A stretch of 64,000 nt of DNA, taken from positions 4,219 through 68,218 of IMG/VR virus record IMGVR_UViG_3300028133_000003. One strand, given 5' to 3'. Below the pieces are notes generated by a model. That model made no database searches. It saw only the letters and a program-made list of their open reading frames with translations, and was not told the DNA's origin. Made by a program: the position numbers and the translations under genes. Origin of the DNA: a virus. Shown here piece after piece: positions 59,500 to 64,000 of this stretch. How positions within the stretch are numbered: the first letter of the stretch is position 1; each line of letters starts with the position of its first letter.

Positions 59500-59952
59500 T
59501 TAATCATTATCAATTTGAACAACCGAGCCTGATGGTATAATAGTATTGGTAGGAATTGTTACACCTTCATTAATAGTTACGTTATCTCCAATGGTTACTC
59601 CATCACCTATATTACAATTGTTATCAATAATAGTCCCGGCCCCAATATAAACTTGGTCACCTATAACACTCCCGGGTCTAATTAATGAACAGCAGCCAAC
59701 GATTAAACCTTCACCCACACTCACACCATTTAGGTTATTACATCCTTTAAAAAATGTATGTATAATAGACTCCTTTAATTCTGTGTCCATTATAGATAAT
59801 CGGTCATCGCCAGATTCTAAGGCAATAACCCATTCGTTTTTAGCCGGTGCCTGGTCATAATTAGATTCATTAAATAAGGCATATGTACCTGGTTCTAATA
59901 ATGAGGTAATTTTAGTATACCAATCTCCTTCTTTGTAATATATGTTTAGCAT
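59500..59952 (-). CDS. Left-handed beta-helix (hexapeptide repeat) protein, paralog 2
   Basis: VGEGLIVGCCSLIRPGSVIGDQVYIGAGTIIDNNCNIGDGV; collinear with paralog 1. Confidence 0.75.
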   Translation of the reverse strand: MLNIYYKEGDWYTKITSLLEPGTYALFNESNYDQAPAKNEWVIALESGDDRLSIMDTELKESIIHTFFKGCNNLNGVSVGEGLIVGCCSLIRPGSVIGDQVYIGAGTIIDNNCNIGDGVTIGDNVTINEGVTIPTNTIIPSGSVVQIDND

Positions 59953-59975
59953 AACTAAGTTATTTGTTTATATAT

Positions 59976-60482
59976 TTAATTAGTGTAAGTTACATCTATA
60001 TCGCCTGCCGTAGTATCAGTTACCCAATAAGGTGGCGATGCAGTAACGCTCTGTAAGTATATACCTAGCTTTTCACGGTTTGTATTTACGACTATGTTAT
60101 TCAGCTCTTCTATTTCTTCCTCAGTAAAATCTTCTAACATATTATTCATTACCATATCTAATGCATGATCCTCATCAAACTCTTCTGGAACTGTATGACC
60201 TTTATATCTACCCATACCTGCATTTGGTGGTTCATGGCGATCTACATAAGGATCATGTTTAGGTTTTTCCTTAACATATAATAAACTAGTGCCTACCAAC
60301 TCAGCAGTTAAATGCCCATCTACATAGATTTCTTTTACTGCATTGTATGGAAGTGATTCCGGAATTAATTCTTGGTATAAGTCTGATTGTGCTGAGATGA
60401 TTTTTGCCACATACGCTTTAGTGTATTTAACATCATACTCTGAAACTTTACCGTTTAGTGTAATTGTTTTTACTTTTGACAT
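59976..60482 (-). CDS. Hypothetical protein
   Basis: 168-aa ORF. Confidence 0.6.
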   Translation of the reverse strand: MSKVKTITLNGKVSEYDVKYTKAYVAKIISAQSDLYQELIPESLPYNAVKEIYVDGHLTAELVGTSLLYVKEKPKHDPYVDRHEPPNAGMGRYKGHTVPEEFDEDHALDMVMNNMLEDFTEEEIEELNNIVVNTNREKLGIYLQSVTASPPYWVTDTTAGDIDVTYTN

Positions 60483-60506
60483 TAGGTTTAGATTGTAATA
60501 AAAAAA

Positions 60507-60934
60507 GGGAAGACGATGCGAAAGGATTTGAGAATACCTTTATTAACGAAAGCTGCTTTATAATAGACTACCACTCTTTGGACTGCCGTCCTATTACTTA
60601 ATTAAACCGGCCGAGGCTTAATCATCGTAATTGATTATCATAATCTTCAAGTGTACCTTACGCCACATACTCTTTGCGTTGTTCAGTCATCAACCAGGGT
60701 TCAGCGGTATGCTTACCTGGAAGTCTTTGCAAAATCTCTGTTAGATTTTAATGCGTTAAACCTAATGCTTTGGTGATTAACCAATTCTGAATTTCTCATT
60801 TGAGATATCAGTGAACCATCGTTCTAGCTTAGTGCCTTATTCCCTTTTGCTCAGGAATTTTTCAGCAACGCATCTACACATAATTGGAATAATCATTTAG
60901 GAGCTACCTAAAGTTTTCCGTTCTGTGCCTTCCC
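60507..60934 (-). ncRNA. Candidate large structured non-coding RNA (428 nt), family unrecognised
   Basis: 5' GGGAAGGC pairs with 3' GUCUUCCC, followed by U7. Many internal helices, upstream promoter motif, no ORF of 60 aa or more. Confidence 0.7.
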
Positions 60935-60972
60935 ATAATTTTAAAGAACTTATTAATTCGTTTGAATTTATT

Positions 60973-61000
60973 ATTATATACTTAGTTTAAAAATAGTTTC
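60973..61000 (-). promoter_or_regulatory. Promoter GAAAC-N17-TATAAT upstream of the candidate ncRNA
   Basis: The same motif and spacing occur at 46079..46106, 58903..58930 and 63859..63886. Confidence 0.6.
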
Positions 61001-61082
61001 ATCTTGATCCTAAAAACATTAAAGTAAAAAATCCAACTACTATAATGATATTAATTATTGTATAAATTCTTTCTTCTTTCAT
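60999..61082 (-). CDS. 27-aa membrane microprotein
   Basis: Translated by hand: MKEERIYTIINIIIVVGFFTLMFLGSR. ATGA overlap with the upstream gene. Confidence 0.45.
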   Translation of the reverse strand: MKEERIYTIINIIIVVGFFTLMFLGSR

Positions 61083-61573
61083 TTCTCGGTTGTATTGATT
61101 ATCCCTCCTATGATCTTGGTATCTGCTAGGTGATCAAATTTACCGTAAGTATTAATTACATAACCAGTTTCAACAGGTGAAAAGGATTGAATACATAGCC
61201 CGTCAAACTCATCGCTAAAAAAGTTACCTAAGTCCATGTGTTCATTTAAGCAAGGTCCACCGCTTGGATCTACCATACTAATCCATGGATTTGATTTTAC
61301 CAGGTTTTGGTATTGTTTTCCAATAACACTAGGTCCTACATATCGATCGTTTTCATCATACACAGATTCATGAATTGCTTCTTTGAAATCTTCAATATGC
61401 ATTGGTGTAATTCCTATACTTGAACTATCTTTGCAATAATTCTGATATGCTAATTTATAGTCATTAGAACTTCCAATTCTACAGTGTTTGAAATTACCTT
61501 CCCATAGAACCGAACCATCTTCTTGTTTTGTGAATGTAAATACATCACCATATCTATTTTTATATTCTATCAT
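61079..61573 (-). CDS. Hypothetical phage protein
   Basis: 164 aa; KNRYGD...MVDPSGGP motifs. Confidence 0.65.
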   Translation of the reverse strand: MIEYKNRYGDVFTFTKQEDGSVLWEGNFKHCRIGSSNDYKLAYQNYCKDSSSIGITPMHIEDFKEAIHESVYDENDRYVGPSVIGKQYQNLVKSNPWISMVDPSGGPCLNEHMDLGNFFSDEFDGLCIQSFSPVETGYVINTYGKFDHLADTKIIGGIINTTEK

Positions 61574-61592
61574 ATCTTTATTTTTATAAGGG

Positions 61593-61666
61593 TGAACCAG
61601 ACAGGATTCGAACCTGTGACCGTCTGCTTAGAAGGCAGATGCTCTATCCAACTGAGCTACTGGTTC
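61593..61666 (-). tRNA. tRNA-Arg(UCU)
   Basis: GAACCAG/CTGGTTC acceptor, GCTC/GAGC D-stem, TCTGC-CTTCTAA-GCAGA anticodon arm, ACAGG-TTCGAAT-CCTGT T-arm. Confidence 0.95.
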
Positions 61667-61669
61667 GGG

Positions 61670-61760
61670 TAAGAGAGGTTTCGGGTCTTTCGGGGTTACT
61701 ACGATATAGAGGTTAACCCTTACCTTTTTCTATATCATTGTAGCTTCACTACCTCTCTTA
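61670..61760 (-). ncRNA. Candidate 91-nt structured RNA element directly 5' of tRNA-Arg
   Basis: Perfect 10-bp closing stem TAAGAGAGGT/ACCTCTCTTA, inner helices, possible GGGTTA/TAACCC pseudoknot. Confidence 0.5.
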
Positions 61761-61985
61761 ATCTAATTCTCCGTTACTCCATGTTTCATAAACTATTGCC
61801 ATAATACCTTCATCAGTATCAGCCTCTTCCCAACCAGTAACTTCATTCCAAACAAAGAACTCTGTGCTCTTTGGAGTTTCGGCAATTCTTACTGATAAGT
61901 TTTCACCATTTACATCAAGATCATATTCATTAGTAGTTGCCCACCATACTTCGTCTTTGCCTTTTACATTAACAGTATTTTCCAT
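61758..61985 (-). CDS. Small acidic hypothetical protein
   Basis: 75-aa ORF. Confidence 0.6.
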   Translation of the reverse strand: MENTVNVKGKDEVWWATTNEYDLDVNGENLSVRIAETPKSTEFFVWNEVTGWEEADTDEGIMAIVYETWSNGELD

Positions 61986-61987
61986 GA

Positions 61988-62257
61988 TTAAATCTTTTTA
62001 AGAGTTTCATTAGTTAAACTAACAGTCTTGTCATAATACCTTTCACCACAGATTGCATTCTTATATTGCTCGGCCCAGTCTGGTCGAATTGAATAACCGT
62101 TTGCATTAGTTCCAATAACTCTACCTTTTTCTAATTTGTCTCTGAACACCGGAAGTACTTCCCCATTTCGGTCAGTTTTTCCTTCAGGGTGTGGTACACA
62201 TGCCATTGGTCTGATCCACGAAACTTTGTCTCCTACTTTTAATTCTACTTTTGTCAT
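61988..62257 (-). CDS. Hypothetical protein (SH3/KOW-like)
   Basis: LKVGDKVSW...GRVIG. Confidence 0.55.
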   Translation of the reverse strand: MTKVELKVGDKVSWIRPMACVPHPEGKTDRNGEVLPVFRDKLEKGRVIGTNANGYSIRPDWAEQYKNAICGERYYDKTVSLTNETLKKI

Positions 62258-62278
62258 TTTTGTTTATTTAAAGATTAG

Positions 62279-62364
62279 TACCGCTGGGCGGATTCGAACC
62301 GCCACGAACATTACTGTTCAAAGGATTTTAAGTCCTTCGTGTCTACCAGTTTCACCACAGCGGC
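62279..62364 (-). tRNA. tRNA-Leu(UAA)
   Basis: GCCGCTG/CAGCGGT acceptor, AAGGA-CTTAAAA-TCCTT anticodon arm, long variable arm, GGCGG-TTCGAAT-CCGCC T-arm. Confidence 0.95.
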
Positions 62365-62371
62365 ATTCGGT

Positions 62372-62602
62372 TTACTTTTTCTTTTTGCTGTTAGGTGTTG
62401 TTGGTTTTGCATTAAACATAAGTGAAAATAAAATGTTTAATCCAAATGCTTGCCAGAATCCAATTGGATTAACCGAGCTTACAGCAGGTACTAAACATTC
62501 ATTCCAAAGCCATTGTGTAGGCCATGCAGTTAGTAATGCCAATACGATAGCCCCTAGTATAAGTAAAAAGGCGAATGCGAATGGTGCAGTAATATTTTTC
62601 AT
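62372..62602 (-). CDS. Small two-helix membrane protein
   Basis: WLWNE..P...IGFWQAFGL motif and two hydrophobic segments. Confidence 0.65.
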   Translation of the reverse strand: MKNITAPFAFAFLLILGAIVLALLTAWPTQWLWNECLVPAVSSVNPIGFWQAFGLNILFSLMFNAKPTTPNSKKKK

Positions 62603-62624
62603 ATTTGTTATATTGTTTATAGTA

Positions 62625-62655
62625 TAATTATAACAGGTTGTAATAGGTTCTGAAA
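62625..62655 (-). promoter_or_regulatory. Putative early promoter TTTCA-N17-TTATAATTA
   Basis: Recurrent motif with fixed spacing. Confidence 0.5.
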
Positions 62656-62672
62656 GTGTTTACTAAAACTTT

Positions 62673-62855
62673 TTATTCATCATCATCATACATACCCCAA
62701 ATAAACATAACCAAAAAGAAAGGCCATATAAAAAACCACAATAACCGCTCAGAGTTTTTAGGAGGTTCCATATCTAATCTATCAAAGAGTATATCAAAAC
62801 ATAACCCACACACTACACCTATTCCAATATAAATAAGTAGCCAATTAGTTAGCAT
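62673..62855 (-). CDS. Small membrane protein
   Basis: 60 aa with two hydrophobic segments and IWP. Confidence 0.6.
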   Translation of the reverse strand: MLTNWLLIYIGIGVVCGLCFDILFDRLDMEPPKNSERLLWFFIWPFFLVMFIWGMYDDDE

Positions 62856-63126
62856 TGATTAATTCTTTAATTTGTTTATCTTCTACCATTCCAATCTTTT
62901 TACCTTTAATCTCCCCATCTTCAAAATAGATAAGAGTAGGAATACTTCTAATACCGTATTCTTTAGCAAGATCTGATTCTTCATCTACATTACAAAAGAT
63001 AACTTCTATATCTGGATTGTCAGTAGCAAATTTCTCTAATTTAGGTTTCATTACTTTACACGGTCCACACCATGATGCCCAAAAGTCTACTAATACTTTA
63101 GGTCCTTTTAAATCTTCTTTTGTCAT
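62845..63126 (-). CDS. trxA: Thioredoxin
   Basis: VLVDFWASWCGPCK, NVDE, GIRSIPTL. Confidence 0.95.
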   Translation of the reverse strand: MTKEDLKGPKVLVDFWASWCGPCKVMKPKLEKFATDNPDIEVIFCNVDEESDLAKEYGIRSIPTLIYFEDGEIKGKKIGMVEDKQIKELINAN

Positions 63127-63146
63127 AATAAGTTTTTGTTTATTTT

Positions 63147-63452
63147 TTATACTGGTGGATCAAGACGTACATTAGTATACATATCATTACCTAGTATGTG
63201 ATTAAGTGTAGGAGCCGGGATTCCTATTCCTACATAAGGCTCAAGTTTTCCCATAGCTTCAGTAATGTCCCTAGCTATAATATTGATTTGCTTTTGAGTT
63301 CCATTGTCTAAATAGTCACATTCATAGATGAGGTGATCTTTAATCTTAGAAGTTTCAATTACTTCAATACTTAGAACTATAGTTTGCCTTTCAATATTGT
63401 TTAACGAATTTATCAAATCGTTTTTCTTTCGTAGGTATTTTTTCTTGAGCAT
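63147..63452 (-). CDS. Hypothetical protein
   Basis: 101-aa ORF. Confidence 0.55.
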   Translation of the reverse strand: MLKKKYLRKKNDLINSLNNIERQTIVLSIEVIETSKIKDHLIYECDYLDNGTQKQINIIARDITEAMGKLEPYVGIGIPAPTLNHILGNDMYTNVRLDPPV

Positions 63453-63455
63453 ATA

Positions 63456-63665
63456 TTATTTACTTTTTTGTTTTTTAGCTGGTGGAAACCTACCTTGGTT
63501 ACCTATACCGTCTCCGTCCATATTATCTACTTGACCATGCCTAGCATAGTATCCTGGATAATTCTCTTCTTTATTTTTCCTTGAATTATAAAATATATTC
63601 CAAATTAAAAAATACACATAAGCTGAGAATATACAAAACCCAACTATAAACATTGCTAAACTCAT
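63456..63665 (-). CDS. Small membrane-anchored protein
   Basis: N-terminal TM helix; DNMDGDGIGNQGRF. Confidence 0.6.
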   Translation of the reverse strand: MSLAMFIVGFCIFSAYVYFLIWNIFYNSRKNKEENYPGYYARHGQVDNMDGDGIGNQGRFPPAKKQKSK

Positions 63666-63841
63666 GTTGTGCGTCTTTGTCTAATTGCTATCGCAAAGAG
63701 GAGGATAGTCCCTGGCCAGTGTGCTGAGTACTGAGCTTCTTCGGTATGTCCTAATAAACCTAAACCTACAGAATAGATTAAGCATATGAATGCAAAGATT
63801 ACTGGATACCAGCTTTGAAAGAATTTTTTAAATGTGTTCAT
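63662..63841 (-). CDS. 59-aa membrane protein (below the ORF-track cutoff)
   Basis: Translated by hand: MNTFKNFFQSWYPVIFAFICLIYSVGLGLLGHTEEAQYSAHWPGTILLFAIAIRQRRTT. ATGA overlap, promoter motif upstream. Confidence 0.65.
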   Translation of the reverse strand: MNTFKKFFQSWYPVIFAFICLIYSVGLGLLGHTEEAQYSAHWPGTILLFAIAIRQRRTT

Positions 63842-63889
63842 AAGAATTGTTATTTATTATTATATTGCAAATATGTATTTTGTTTACGG

Positions 63890-63966
63890 TCGGCCGAGAG
63901 AGACTTGAACTCTCATGTAACCAATTACTCTTTCTACAAGGTATAAGCTTGAGGAGATACCGGCCG
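63890..63966 (-). tRNA. Atypical tRNA-like gene with UAU (Ile) anticodon and rearranged D-arm
   Basis: Acceptor CGGCCGG/TCGGCCG+ACC, T-arm GAGAG-TTCAAGT-CTCTC, CAAG-CTTATAC-CTTG anticodon arm. No D-arm in the normal position. Confidence 0.65.
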
Positions 63967-64000
63967 ATGCTTTAGTTAACCTATAGCGGTTACTATAACA

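Noticed and set aside
60507-60934. tmRNA, RNase P RNA or group I intron identity for the large RNA
   Set aside because: No GGGG...UCCACCA tRNA-like ends, no GAGGAAAGUCC, no convincing group I P7 core, and it does not interrupt a gene.
61575-61592. Theta (HDV-like) ribozyme 3' of the tRNAs
   Set aside because: The 3' trailers are short AT-rich spacers leading directly into the next gene or promoter.
62136-62627. Plus-strand 163-aa ORF (also 58259..58510 and 58354..58584)
   Set aside because: They run antisense across tRNA genes and real minus-strand ORFs.
1-64000. Stop-codon recoding (alternative genetic code)
   Set aside because: Long ORFs are intact under the standard code. TAG (e.g. 16621, 28043) and TGA both end genes at sensible boundaries, and no suppressor tRNA was seen.

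Overview
This AT-rich window is from a large T4-like (myovirus-type) phage genome. The host is probably a Bacteroidota/Flavobacteriia bacterium, inferred from a Flavobacterium-type bS21, SD-less A-rich leaders and TAnnTTT-type promoters. Almost all genes are on the minus strand and use the standard genetic code. Left to right: (1) putative head-internal proteins and two ligase-fold proteins; (2) a replication/recombination block (UvsW, UvsY, gp61 primase, gp32 SSB, GroES, RuvC-like nuclease); (3) a tail/baseplate/neck module of about 40 kb (gp3-, gp6-, gp25-, gp13-, gp5-, gp27- and gp53-like proteins, large virion proteins, collagen-like fibres), with an amidoligase and ribosomal protein bS1 embedded in it; (4) an accessory region with dCMP deaminase, HAD proteins, DNA ligase, DnaJ, a plus-strand island of small proteins, a 2OG-Fe(II) oxygenase, a GH73 hydrolase, PspC, bS21, two LbH paralogs, thioredoxin and tRNAs. 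The most notable unexplained signals are a 428-nt highly structured candidate ncRNA with its own promoter and U-tract end, a tRNA(UAU)-like gene whose D-arm-like hairpin sits after the anticodon arm, a 91-nt pseudoknotted element abutting tRNA-Arg, a seven-fold GGCA repeat in the gp32 leader, and about ten proteins sharing a T4-like capsid-targeting/protease-cleavage N-terminus. All family assignments come from reading motifs by eye; no database search was run.
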